A stretch of DNA of 63,961 bases, filler included, from Craspedostauros australis (Eukaryota), in NCBI GenBank assembly GCA_030167865.1. It is 10 parts of 10 records of this genome, joined end to end, with 100 filler letters (N's around TTAATTAATTAA, not from the genome) between each part and the next. Parts side by side here need not be neighbours in the genome. Positions count along the whole stretch, not along the records: positions 36,251 to 51,979 come from JALAGF010005117.1; 9 more parts are not named here. One strand, given 5' to 3'. Within the stretch, counting starts at the first letter, position 1. Each line of letters opens with the position of its first letter. Position numbers and translations under genes: made by a program. The notes beneath the pieces are model-generated. The model did not search any database and was not told the DNA's origin. It was given only the letters and a program-made list of their open reading frames with translations. Positions 37,216-49,084 of the stretch are shown piece by piece.

Positions 37216-38499
37216 ATGGCGAACTCGAAATCGAACAAAGGCGATCAATCATCAGATGGCTCGAAAGCTTCGGTATCAGCGTCAAGGAGGACGCAGAAAC
37301 CTGCCAAGTCGTCAAGATCGAATAGAAAGAAATCAGAATCTTCATCAAGGCAATCCATTGCACAACGGCGGAAAAATGCGGTGCGGATCGTGGTGGCAAC
37401 CGTTGGTGTGATCGTCCCCATGCTGTGCATCGTGCATGGGCATCGATCACTGTTGCAATCGGCGCAATTCGACATCGGCATAGTCCCGACCAAAATCTTT
37501 GCTCCATTCGAACATCATGAAGGCGTTGTGATAGTCTCCAAAATACAGGGTCTGCCACATTGGGACGCCGTCAAACAGAGCTTTTGCCTCATGCATTACG
37601 CGTACAACAATCGTCCGCTGTACGACATTGTCCTCTTCACTTCCGAAGCAATCCCCGAAGACAACATTCAGGAAGTCCAAGCCATGGTGCAGCCTGCCAA
37701 GTTCTCCGTCGTCGTTGACAATCCAGGTCTGCACGAGATGGTGCGCGCCTACCCGCCGGCTGTGCAGCAACTCACGTTGGATCGATGCAACGCCACTTCC
37801 ATCGAAGAATTGCATTGGTACTCGTATTGCAAGGAACGCATCTTCTATGAACGTCTGGCGTACAACTGGCAAGCCGAATTCCGGACGAAGCATCTGTGGC
37901 ATCATCCCGCCCTGGCATCCTACAAGACCATGCTGTGGATGGATAGCGATGTCTTCGCCACCAGGGTCTGGAAGCAGGATCCCGTCGCCATCATGTTGCA
38001 GAATCGACTGAAACTGTTCTTTCTCAATTTCCCGGCCGGCCTGATTAAAGAGAAGGTCATACCTGGTCGGATCGCACGTGCCTTCGGCGGACGAAGACTG
38101 TGCCTGATTGATTTGTACGATGGACATGTGACAAGTAAGCCGTACGAGCGTGGGGCATGTTCCAAAGCGATCTTGCAACAAGTGCACGGATTCTTTCACA
38201 TCACCGATCTGGAGTTCTACCGATCCCAACAGCCATGGATGGACATCCTGATCGGCGACACGCCGTTGCATCGTGAATTCGACGATCAAGTCGCCGTGAC
38301 GATCCCGGCCGTCATGTTGGCGCCCAACCAGTCCTGGTTCATGCCTGATCATGGCGTAGTTCTGGATGTATTTCACAACGGTGCGCTGGATGGTCAGCGG
38401 CATCCCGGGTTTCGAGGATTCACGAGATGGTGGTCAGCGTTTGGAAGGGGCAACTTCTCGGAAGCTCATGGACGGTGTCCCGTCACGAACCGAGACTGA
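37216..38499 (+). CDS. Type II membrane glycosyltransferase-like protein (divergent GT15/KRE2-like)
   Basis: Basic N-terminal tail and one TM segment (IVVATVGVIVPMLCIV). Motifs YNNRPLYDIVLF, HLWHHPALASYKTMLWMDSD (DxD) and FHITDLEFYRS occur in the same order as GT15 blocks. The family call is from recall. Confidence 0.7.
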   Translation: MANSKSNKGDQSSDGSKASVSASRRTQKPAKSSRSNRKKSESSSRQSIAQRRKNAVRIVVATVGVIVPMLCIVHGHRSLLQSAQFDIGIVPTKIFAPFEHHEGVVIVSKIQGLPHWDAVKQSFCLMHYAYNNRPLYDIVLFTSEAIPEDNIQEVQAMVQPAKFSVVVDNPGLHEMVRAYPPAVQQLTLDRCNATSIEELHWYSYCKERIFYERLAYNWQAEFRTKHLWHHPALASYKTMLWMDSDVFATRVWKQDPVAIMLQNRLKLFFLNFPAGLIKEKVIPGRIARAFGGRRLCLIDLYDGHVTSKPYERGACSKAILQQVHGFFHITDLEFYRSQQPWMDILIGDTPLHREFDDQVAVTIPAVMLAPNQSWFMPDHGVVLDVFHNGALDGQRHPGFRGFTRWWSAFGRGNFSEAHGRCPVTNRD

Positions 38500-39146
38500 G
38501 GGGTGCTGTGTACATGGTACAAGTACGGGCGGGGGGATTGCAGCGATCTATAATACCATGCAGATAGTAGATTGATCTGGAGGGAATAAGGTGCCTCCAT
38601 CGAATATGTAATAGTAGAGTAGAGTGCATAGTAATAGTAATACGGCCCGCTCACAACAACGTGTCCTGGTCTTTCACGCATCGGGGCCCTATCCCAGTAC
38701 CTTTGATGGCAGTTGCACTTGGCGCCAAGGACGCAAAAATGACGCGAAGTGCCGAACACAATTTCCTCGTGTTTTGGTTTCGTGTGCGCGTTTCGTGGCC
38801 ATTCGTGTCAACACGAATGATTACGATGTTGTTTTGTGATGTCCACACAGGAGAGCGCAACAGCACGTCACAAGATCCAGACACACCACGAAAGAGGAAG
38901 AGGTTGCTGCGCCTTTACGATCTTCAGTGTCAACACGCTCACCCATCCATCCATCCATCCATCCATCCAAACACAAGACCAGACCAGACCAGATCGATTG
39001 CGCCAGTCAAGGACGAATTTGCTCGACCTCGAAAGCACACAAATAAGCAGCTCCTCATTCGTTGCTTTCAACTCTGCTCCCATCGGCTCCACAGATACTC
39101 CTTGCCCATTCTATCCTATTCTATTCTATTGCATCCCCTGCCCATC

Positions 39147-39725
39147 ATGATCCGCTCGGCGCGCATGCAGTCATCTCGACTATGGAGACAGTACAATGTT
39201 CGTCACACCAATTGCCTGTCGCATCATCTTCCAACGACAACGGCGACGCCCACGGCTCGCTTTTACACCCCGATGACACCGGACGAACAAGAGACCGAAA
39301 AGCAGCGCGTCGCGCAGCTGTCGCCCGAAGACAAGGACGCCGAGCTGCGCGGTCTGAATCGCCAGATCGCCCGCTTGGAGATGCTGCGTGGCATCCAGAC
39401 GGGAGAGCTGTACACATGGAGCGGCAAGTACAAGGCGCTTTTGCGGGATTACGGCATGCCGCTGTTTGCGTACTACTGGGCCGTGTGGGGCATGACGGGC
39501 ATCGGCATGTACTTCGCGATCGATCTCGGCGGGTTGGATGCGATGCAATGGATCGGATGGGCGGATGGCAAGACGGGATGGGATTTGGCGTCCAAGGTGG
39601 ATCCGGATCTGGGCAAGGTTGGGTTGGCGCTGGTGCTGAATGAGATGCTGGAGCCGGTGCGATTGCCGTTCGTCGTTGCGACGCTGAAGCCAGTGGTGGA
39701 GCAGATTGCGCCCAAGAAGTACTAG
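39147..39725 (+). CDS. FAM210/DUF1279-like mitochondrial membrane protein
   Basis: Arg-rich presequence (MIRSARMQSSRLWRQY), a coiled coil, KALLRDYG plus a hydrophobic helix, and LVLNEMLEPVRLP. Confidence 0.78.
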   Translation: MIRSARMQSSRLWRQYNVRHTNCLSHHLPTTTATPTARFYTPMTPDEQETEKQRVAQLSPEDKDAELRGLNRQIARLEMLRGIQTGELYTWSGKYKALLRDYGMPLFAYYWAVWGMTGIGMYFAIDLGGLDAMQWIGWADGKTGWDLASKVDPDLGKVGLALVLNEMLEPVRLPFVVATLKPVVEQIAPKKY

Positions 39726-40467
39726 ACCTTGAGAGTCGAGAGTATGGATGGAATGAAACGGGATGGATTTGGATTGAGACATCAGCAAGCACAACACGGC
39801 ACCAGCAGAAACACCAACAACAGTCCTCTACTGATGATAATCGCGGAAAGCGCATCGACACGGAGCCGTTGCGATTGCGTTTGCACTCGGGTTTGGAGCT
39901 GACTCCCTCCACAGGCACATGCTACGACTATGATACGAGGACATGCGCGCTAATTGTGAGCATATGGTACGAGTAGACGCTAGTGTTACTTCTGATCTCA
40001 GCTTTTGGGATGTGTGCTCAGATGATGTCTTGTGTCGTATTATAGTAGAACAGCAGAGTGAAATAGAGTACTCTGCTTCTGTGCACAGAAGTAGGGTTTC
40101 CTTGGAACACGTGTGCTGGTGTTTGTGCAAGGTGGGCCATGCTCCACCAGTGTAGAGACTAGATACTGTCTAGGTTGGAATCAGCTGACTCAAACTACAG
40201 TCGTCGTTACGTCAACCGGCATGTCCACTCCATTCTCCTGAGTCAACAGAACCAAACATGAACCGAAGGGAAAGAAACAACGAGAACGCAAGACGAAGGT
40301 CGTGGAAGGATCCGTCACACCAAACCACCTTGGTGGTGGTGATGTCGATGCTGATTGTTCACAAAAAGAGACTGCCCAGATCCAAACACAACACAAGCCT
40401 GACAATCCACACAACACAATACAACGCAATACTAGTACAACTTACTGCTTGAATTCAATAAGCAACC

Positions 40468-41325
40468 ATGGACAAAGCATTGACGAGACTCGGACGCCTG
40501 TCGGGCGTGGGTGCTGTGGGCGCCTTCACCGTCTCGCAGTGCCTGTACAACGTGGACGGAGGCGAACGCGCCGTGATGTTCGACAGCCTGCGCGGCGGAA
40601 TCCTGCCAGACGTCTCCAACGAGGGCACCCACTTCATGGTCCCCGTGATCCAGCGCCCCATCGTCATGGACGTGCGCACCAAGCCGCGCGAGATCCCCTC
40701 CATCACGGGAACCAAGGACCTGCAGATGGTGAGCATCAAGCTGCGCGTGCTGTGGCGGCCCATCGTCGAAGAGCTGCCGTCGCTGTACCGCGAGCTCGGC
40801 AGCGACTTCGACGAGCGCGTGCTGCCCTCCATCGGCAACGAGGTCCTCAAGTCCGTCGTGGCGCAGTACAACGCCGAGGAGCTGCTCAGCAAGCGTGAGG
40901 AGGTCTCGGAGCGCATCAAGGTCGAGATGATGAAGCGGGCGCGCCAGTTCCACCTCCAATTCGACGACGTCGCCATCACGCATCTCACCTTCGGACGCGA
41001 GTTCATGAAGGCCATCGAGGCCAAGCAGGTGGCGTCGCAGGAGGCCGAGCGTCAGCAGTGGGTCGTCAAGAAGGCGGAGCAGGAACGTCAGGCCGTCGTC
41101 ACGCGCGCGGAAGGAGAGGCCGAGGCCGCCTACATCATCACCAAGGCCATGGAGAAGACCGGCAACGCCATCGTCGAAGTGCGCCGCATCGACGCCGCCA
41201 AGGAGATCGCCGGCAAGCTAGCCAACAGCCGCAACATCGTCTACCTGCCAAGCACTGGAGGCAACGCGGGCGGAGCCGTTGGCGGCGGCGGATCCAACCT
41301 TCTCCTGGGTCTCGATGCCAAGTAA
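40468..41325 (+). CDS. PHB1: Prohibitin (SPFH/Band 7 family)
   Basis: Motifs LYNVDGGERAVMFD, TGTKDLQMV, ERVLPSIGNEVLKSVVAQYNAEEL, DDVAITHLTFG, KQVASQEAER and AEGEAEAA. Confidence 0.97.
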   Translation: MDKALTRLGRLSGVGAVGAFTVSQCLYNVDGGERAVMFDSLRGGILPDVSNEGTHFMVPVIQRPIVMDVRTKPREIPSITGTKDLQMVSIKLRVLWRPIVEELPSLYRELGSDFDERVLPSIGNEVLKSVVAQYNAEELLSKREEVSERIKVEMMKRARQFHLQFDDVAITHLTFGREFMKAIEAKQVASQEAERQQWVVKKAEQERQAVVTRAEGEAEAAYIITKAMEKTGNAIVEVRRIDAAKEIAGKLANSRNIVYLPSTGGNAGGAVGGGGSNLLLGLDAK

Positions 41326-44300
41326 ATGGCGTGTCGGAAAGTGGCACGCAGCCAAATGGATGAATAGATGAGAATACATGCGCAGACGTGCGAAAGGACA
41401 CTCCGATTACTCGCATGGCAATGGCTTGTTGTAGACTGACAATGAAATACACGGAATAGTGCAAAGCAACACCCATGGTACAATCGCTCTCAACCTCTTC
41501 TGCAGAGGACTCTGTCATGCTCTCTGTTCCGTTGTGGACGACAAGCATTGCCGTCGCGACCTTCCGCAGTGTTCACGTGATTGGCATGGGTCAAGATTCT
41601 GCCACCCATGCATTATTCCACGCAAACACTCATGCAAACATCCTGATAGTATCATACGGCCACTATGTGATGCGCCAGCACTTGCAGTCGTTCTGCTATG
41701 AACAATGGCAGTGCAAAAACAATGATGCTTGTGTGGCAAATAGTATGTGGCTTTTAGAATTGTACTCTACAGTTTGTCGCCCTCCTCGCTCTTTCTCACA
41801 CACTTTGTGTATACTCGTATCGAGGGCATTCGGTGTCAGATGGATCAATTCCGACCGTGGGTCTCAAAGGAGCCAATGATACCACCAACGACAAAGTATT
41901 CGAGGATCGCGCTGCGCTGCATCTGAATCATGCTTCGGCTTGACGGCTGTCACCCGACGACTTCAACTGAATGGCGTGAGAGATGGTGTTCCTATCGTGG
42001 AGGGATTTGCTAGCTTGCGGCTACATGGGGCCGTGGAGAGCAGACGAGGGGCCAACCGGAAGCACCAAGCATGGCATTCGATTAATCTCTTCTTCGTCCA
42101 CCGCCGCCGGTTCAGCTTCATCTTCCTCGTTTCGCTCCAGATGTGCTTCGAATGTCGGCCGTAATGTTTCTCTCTTAGCTGCGTCAACTCGTCGTCTCCA
42201 GATACCAAGTCGTTCAGCAGTTGATTCTCTATCCGGAATATTACATCACCGCGTTCTGCATCAGTGACACAGTTGGGTATGTCACTTCTTGCGTTGTGGA
42301 AATGTGACATTGCTGCTTCTGTGTACAATACACATTACGAAGTCGTTCAATATTTGCTCGGGTCTTCAAGCAGCAAACACGACCCTTGCCGAACGGAGGA
42401 CCTCGTGATGGATTCGTTCTTTTTTCAGAATGGAATCGTCGGGCACCGATGATGAGCGGAAGTCGTCGTGGTATTGGATGAAGATCGTGACAATCTTGTG
42501 ATTCTTCCATTCGGAGCCAGCAACATTCAGGTCTCGTTCCTGAGCCACCACGACAGAAACGCACCCCTGCGCAAGGTTGGTGGCCTCTTCCGCAATGCTT
42601 GCGATTGGAGGATGGAAATGGTCGTGTTTCGGTTGAGCCACCCAGTTGCGAGACACCGCCTTGTCCAATGTTCAAAGTGCGGCGAAGCACTCAATGTCAA
42701 TGTCCAACGTTGCTGCGTCCATTTCCTTTGAAGGGTCGAAATGTCGAGGATGCTCTCAAGGGCATGTCCTGCGGTTTTCGCTGTCCACCATGTCCCGTGC
42801 CCGTGGGAACTCCCGGCCTTGCAGATTGCTCGCCCAGTGGGTTGGTGTAGTTGTAGTTCTCCTGTCCATGCCCACCATTCAGCCATATCTCCGACTTGTG
42901 GAGGTGGATACCTCTCGTTGCGACCTCGGATGACGCCGAAATCGGGAACCAACCTTCCAAGTTACCCCGAGTTCCCTTAGCGTCGTCCGCGTAGATGGGA
43001 ATGTCGCCATTGTTGTCGCTCGCGGTTGGTGCTTGCCATTCAGAGACATGTTCCAGCACATACCGTACGTCCTTGCGTCGCTCTGCCTTCACCGTGGAGG
43101 CTGCTGCGACTGGGATGCTCACATACTGAACGTGGCTACCATCATATCCAAATGCTGCTGTGGCAATTGCCTTGTCGGGTTTCGTCAGTCGGTCCCCACC
43201 ACTCAGCAGCCCATGGCATAGCACTCCAATGGCATCATGGATGTAAAATGGGGGTGGCTAGGATCGCTTCGTTATGTTGCTTGGCCTCCTCCAGACGAAT
43301 GCTGGCAGGCCGAGCGACGACCAGTCCACAGTCGACGATGCGCTTTCGTATTGGCATGGTCTCTCGCCCCGAGACGTCGAGCTGAAAGCCATCGGCGCAA
43401 GCCTTGTGATGGACGCCCCCAAGCGCTTCGCCTGGGTGCACGTCGACGGTCTTTGGAAAGCATCGCACAGCAGGAGTCTGTGCTGCGATCAGTGCAAGGA
43501 CGTTGGGTTCGTTCCACAAGTGCCCCATCGCGCTGCTCGCGATGGAAGACCGTGGAGAACAGGTTGAGTTCGTTGATGCATCAGAAGTGTGGTTGAGACA
43601 AGAGGATCGACCGCGGCTGCAGCAGAGGCTGGCTCAGAGTTCCCGGTCGCCATGTCGTCAAGCTGCTTGTGTGGCAGTCTTCCTGATTCTTTCGTTTTGA
43701 CATTGTTTTCTTTCCGTTCCTGGAGCTGCATGAAGACCCGCGCACAGATGGCGAGAACGGATCAAGATGAAGCTACCAGTGAAGGCAGGTATGCTCTTGT
43801 TGGGGCGAGATTTTTGTGTCCTCCTCTGCTTCTTGATACTGCTGCTATCGATGGCGACGACGGCGACGATGGTGATCGCAATGATGTTGAGCAAGATCGC
43901 CCATGATCACCATGATTGCCGCTGACCGCGATACCTGCCGGCACTGTACGTGTGCGTATCTGCACTATCCACTGAAGAATGACAGTGCGTACCAATGATG
44001 TGTGGCTTGTCTTGCTTTTCTTGCTCTGCCCATGCGGAATGAAGCGGTTTGGTTGTCTTTGATTCCGCGCCATCTCTGTTTCCGATTTGCTTGTTTCTGC
44101 TTCGTGACTCGTGGTATCCGCGTCTCAGTTCTACAGAGACAGATCGAAGCAAGAGAACGAAGGACGTTTCACAGTATGAAGACAAGACCGCATCCCAAGA
44201 GCGCGTTCCTCATCTGCAACGACCAATCTTTGATGCATGACTATCTCAAGAGGCATCACAGAATGGCACACATCATTCAGAAGCATTAAGGCAACAGACC

Positions 44301-44810
44301 GCAGGTCGAGGAAGGAGTGACGCAATGGTTTGAAAAGCGAATTGCCCTGAGCACAAATGTTTGATGCATGTCGACAGCAATGCGCATCAATCCGCAACTC
44401 CATCTTTCTCAAACTCGACTGCTACGGAGCTGAGTTTATCCTCTTGATGTGTTATACGTATCCAGTAGTTGGAGCAGAAGATCGGAAGACGTTTGTATGC
44501 ACGAAGGAGGGACGATGGCAATGATCGCCTTGCTTGAGTCTTTGTGGTTGGTGTGCCAGATTCGAATCGCGACTCAATAGTTCACAGGATTAAAAACAAC
44601 GAAGAACGACTGTGTCGGATTTGGCCATGACACAAAACCGCTGAATTCGCACCATCGCAGCTATGTCTCTTGTTGTTGGGGCTCTCACATCAGCGTTCAC
44701 TCCGACCGCACACACACTCACACTCACAAACACATCACATTACGTTACGAGGACATCTCATTGCTCTGCCCAAAACCGCATCTTATCAGTCTCCCACAGA
44801 TCACCATCCA

Positions 44811-45785
44811 ATGAACGCATGCTCCAAGTCGTCGATACTGCAGGTCGTGGGCAAGTTCCAATTTTGGATGACGCTGATCGCAATGACCTTGGTCCTCAAC
44901 CTCATTCTGGGTTGCGTTGTGATGCAAACGCAACAGGCCGATGATCAGTTCTGGACCGTCCTGCGTCGATCCATCGCACGACAGTGGAAATCCGATATGC
45001 AGTACCTGCGACTGCTGCATCGCCGAACGAAGGACTGCGGGCATGTTGTGACGACCAACACGACATTGCCGCCGCTCGGTTTTTGGAAGCAACTGTCGCA
45101 GACCAACACGACGACAGGCTGCTTCGCACCGCCGCCGACAAGCTGCCACGCTGACGGGTATTCGGTCATCTTGACGTCGAACGGACAGCAGCTGCGCCGC
45201 GTCGTGCTGAAGATCATGGCGTTGCAGACGTATCCCTCCGTGCGCGATATCACGGTGCTGATCCGCAGTTCGAAGAAGCAGCTGCGACATGATGCGCGGT
45301 ATGGTCAGCGATTGTTGGACTGGAAGAATGTGACGGTCGTGCCGCTGCATTCGTTGTGGTTCGGATTGGAGACCGTGTTGCAACGCAAACTATCCGAATC
45401 GATTGTGTGGTTGGACGCGGATCGCGACAAACACTGGAACGCCACGACGTTGCGACGCACGTGGAACGCGTGGAAGGAGGAGTCGGATGCACTACGGCAA
45501 CCGCATGGTTGCGGTGATTTGCATGCGTCGATATTTCATTCGAATTTGCTATGTTACGTCGATCATGATGTGTCGCGCGAATTGCGGCAATACGTCGTGA
45601 CGCAGCAGGCGTCGTGGGAATTGGAAGCTGCCGCCATCGGTCTGTTGATTGGGAATCTGGCAAGGCGTGTCGATGCGCCAGGTCCAAATGCCCGGATACG
45701 GACGGAATTGTTGGATTACTTCGGTGGTTGCTGCAACGCGCGGTCCTCTGTGCAGCGTGACGAGAAGCCTCGGCAATGTCAATAG
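44811..45785 (+). CDS. Type II membrane glycosyltransferase-like protein (divergent GT64/EXTL2-like)
   Basis: N-terminal TM segment. Motifs YSVIL, YPSVRDITVLI, SESIVWLDAD (DxD), WNAWKE, ASIFH and LRQYV follow the GT64 block order. The family call is from recall. Confidence 0.62.
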   Translation: MNACSKSSILQVVGKFQFWMTLIAMTLVLNLILGCVVMQTQQADDQFWTVLRRSIARQWKSDMQYLRLLHRRTKDCGHVVTTNTTLPPLGFWKQLSQTNTTTGCFAPPPTSCHADGYSVILTSNGQQLRRVVLKIMALQTYPSVRDITVLIRSSKKQLRHDARYGQRLLDWKNVTVVPLHSLWFGLETVLQRKLSESIVWLDADRDKHWNATTLRRTWNAWKEESDALRQPHGCGDLHASIFHSNLLCYVDHDVSRELRQYVVTQQASWELEAAAIGLLIGNLARRVDAPGPNARIRTELLDYFGGCCNARSSVQRDEKPRQCQ

Positions 45786-45833
45786 ACTAGAATAGAAAAA
45801 TAGAGTACTGCCGCGCATGGCATGGCATGCGAT

Positions 45834-46439
45834 TCACCACAACATTTCCAAATCCGGCTTGAGAGGCAGATCCACGGCGTATCGTTCCAGAACGGATTGA
45901 TCGATGTAATAGAGCATCTCGCTTTCTTCGCCATGCGGATTGTGCACGCCGCGTTGGCATTGACGGCTGCCGTAGGACAGCTCGTCTTCCGTGAGCTGAT
46001 ACAGCACCGTGATGCTGTCCTGATCCAATTCAAACCGATCCTGGTCATCGACGAGGCATTCCAAGGCATTGCCAAAGGCTGGTTCGTGCGTCCATATGGA
46101 CAATCGTTCCAATCGCCCATCTTCTTGCATGGCGCCGCACTGGATGTCGTCATTTTTGCGATAGACGACGACATCCATATCGAGCAAAGTGGAGAGATCG
46201 ATGTCATTGGCATTGGTTGCGTCGTCGTCATCTGGCATGGCAGCCGTGCCCAGCGGCAATTGATGACGCGTTCGTGCCATTGTTGGTGCGAATGTTGCTG
46301 CTGCTGCTGCTGCTGTTGCTGATGATGATGGCGGAATCCATGCTGTGATGATCTGTATTTGCAGAAGAAGGAGGATGCAGCACAGAAGGCTGACGGAAGA
46401 ATGAGATGTTGGAGACATCGGAGGCCGTGGTCGCTTCAT
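45834..46439 (-). CDS. Probable plastid-targeted protein of unknown function
   Basis: Signal peptide ending IITA|WIP (ASAFAP variant), an S/A/T-rich transit peptide, and an acidic globular part with GAMQEDG and YGSRQ...NPHGEESE. Confidence 0.8.
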   Translation of the reverse strand: MKRPRPPMSPTSHSSVSLLCCILLLLQIQIITAWIPPSSSATAAAAAATFAPTMARTRHQLPLGTAAMPDDDDATNANDIDLSTLLDMDVVVYRKNDDIQCGAMQEDGRLERLSIWTHEPAFGNALECLVDDQDRFELDQDSITVLYQLTEDELSYGSRQCQRGVHNPHGEESEMLYYIDQSVLERYAVDLPLKPDLEMLW

Positions 46440-46645
46440 GTTGTTGTGATGGATTTTCTACAGGTGCAGATAGAGATGACAGTGTGGTAAGGTAGTATTG
46501 TTGTATGATAGAATAGTATGGAATATAGCAGTGTGGCAGTGTGGAAGTTGCAGACCCTCCCCTCTGTCGATTGAGTTGGGTTGGGTTGAGAGATGTGGCT
46601 GCAGGTCAGGGCGATGTCGTTGTGGCGGAGGGAACAAGAGCAAAA

Positions 46646-46798
46646 TGACGTCTCTCACTTCGATTCAAAATGGAATGATTCACGCATGGCAGTCTTGTGT
46701 GTACACGTCATCATGTCGAGTTGTTATTGTGACTCAATGGATCCACCCATGACTGAAATGAGGCTGACTGGGAACAACGTCAGTACACGTGTTGACGT
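46646..46798. promoter_or_regulatory. TGACGT/G-box cluster in a divergent promoter
   Basis: TGACGT at 46646 and 46793, ACGTCA at 46705 and 46777, CACGTG at 46786. Confidence 0.5.
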
Positions 46799-47455
46799 GA
46801 TGTGTTGATGACGATGTCAGAACGCTTTGGGTGGTGTGTTCTCATGTGTCGGTTTGGCTGTCGTTGTTGTGGTTGCGTTGCGCAGAGCCACCGTCATCTC
46901 TCTCTTGCGTTGTTGCCGTTGCTGCGGTCGTATCTGTCGGGCTGAGCTGAGGTTGTCTGTGCCAGGCAATCATGACCAACACAGAGACCACAACAGCAAA
47001 CAATCCACCATCTGGCTGCCAGCTCCGTCGCAACCCTCTCATAGACGATCACATCATAGACGATCTCATCATCATCCACAACAACTGCAACAATCGAATT
47101 CGCAGTCGACGTTGTCCCTCACAACACTCTTCGAAGTACTCGTTCTCATACTCGCACTCGTTTTCGCACTCGTTCTCGTACTTGCAGCAACACACTCATC
47201 TGTGATTGATTGAGCTCGCTTTGCGTCCACCCTCAGCATCCACAAATTCATCAACCCATCCAACAACTCCCTTTCCGTCGTCAACTCGCACCTCCAAACG
47301 CAACGCAACGTAACACAAGCTACTCCGCTGTACTCCACAACTATATACTCTGCAAACCCACAGACGACGTGCAACAAAGCTATCGCTATCTTTCGACTCA
47401 ACCCAACTCAACTCTATTCTGCAACACCACCAACAACAACAAACAATCCATCACA

Positions 47456-48404
47456 ATGAAGACCACCGCCACAATCCTCCTCGCCACCGCAGCCACCGCG
47501 AACGGCTTCACAGTCAAGCCTGCCCAGTCCAGCACGAGCAGCACGGCCCTCTACGGACTGTTTGATGGAGTCAAGGATGCCTTCGGTGCACCAGCCCTGG
47601 AGCGATCCAAGATCGATTCCGAACGTGAAACACCCATCGATCGATGGATGGGATGGAGCGTCGTTTCGGAGAATGAGCAGCAGCAACAACAGCAGCAGCA
47701 ACAGCAGAGCATGGGATCAGGTGGGTTTCCGACTATCATTCGTTGTTGTGTGTTGTGGCGTCGTGTGTTATTGCGATGGTGCTGTGCAGATCACACGGCA
47801 ATGCAATGGAGTGTAATGCCTGGGTTGGTTCGCTTTTCGCCATGTGTATGCGTGTGGATGAGGTACTTTGTGCCATGCTCGTACCATACATTGTACATTC
47901 GCATCACCTTGTCAGCTTTTTCCAGCTTGGCTCATCCAATCTCACTCGTCTCTCTCTCTCTTCGCACTCTGAACACACAATGAAACACCCACAATCCAAC
48001 CACCACATTCCCATGCATGCCCAACGCAACACCCAGACTTCGTCGACTCCATGGACGAGACCAACTACGTCGGCGTCGTGCTGAAAAAGCCAATGGGCAT
48101 CGTCTTCGAAGAAAATGACGCAAAGTTCGGCGGCATCTTCATCCAATCCATCAAGGAGGACGGCGCCGCCGCGGCCAACGGCAGCCTCAAGGACGGCGAT
48201 CAGCTCGTTGCCGTCGGCACGACCAAGGTCAGCGGCATGTCCTTCGACGATGCCCTCGGTGCCATCATCGATTCTCCGGATGAGGAGATCAAGCTCACCC
48301 TCTTCCGCGGAAACGCCAAGCAGTTTTACGGACCCACAGGACCCAGCGTCGAATGGTTGGATCAGCTTTGCGCAAAGGGTGGCGTGGAGGTCGCATCGGC
48401 GTAA
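47456..48404 (+). CDS. Plastid-targeted PDZ-domain protein; exons 47456-47720 and 48037-48404
   Basis: Presequence [20 protein letters not shown]. The GT...CCCAG intron (47721-48036) joins SMGS to DFVDSMD in frame. PDZ motifs [11 protein letters not shown] and [19 protein letters not shown]. Confidence 0.88.
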
Positions 48405-49084
48405 GGATCCGTATTGTTCTACTATGTAGAACATACTGGACTGCAATCTAGCGCATCGTCCTTGCTTTCGTTAGATATGATACCACATTCGAGGGAGTCG
48501 AACTGAGAACAATACCCTCACACTATTACCATCACCACATAGCACACCAAACTACCTACAAAAACACAATGCTATGTTCCTTCATGAATATTTTTGAATA
48601 GAATTCATGAAAGTAGATCAAGTCGGATAGTCCAACCCGCATTTCGCAGAAATCAATTCAAACAGCATCTGACATCATAGTTTCCGGTTCAAGACCGCAG
48701 AAAGCAAGCCTGAAGCAACTTGTGGAATCATCGAAGAGTGTGGTAACACTGTCCTACACTATTTGTTCTCCTCACAACCATCTGTACTTTCAACAGGCAA
48801 TGTTGGTGAAAGGAACATGGATCGCACGAGAATCCTGTTCATGGTTCTTTTCCAAAGTTGCTCTGGACCGTCCGACGCACTGCGTACTCTACTCGACTCT
48901 ACTTGTACGAGTATGCCTATGTCCGGATATACTGTTCTTGATGACGATGATGTAGTTTGTTGATGGATAGCTTTCATTTTATTCGTAGAAATGGAACTGT
49001 GCGGTAGTTGCGCGATTGTGCATGGCATCAGCAATGTATCGCAATACATGGCAATACGCCACACCAATCCCTGCTGCATCGCAT

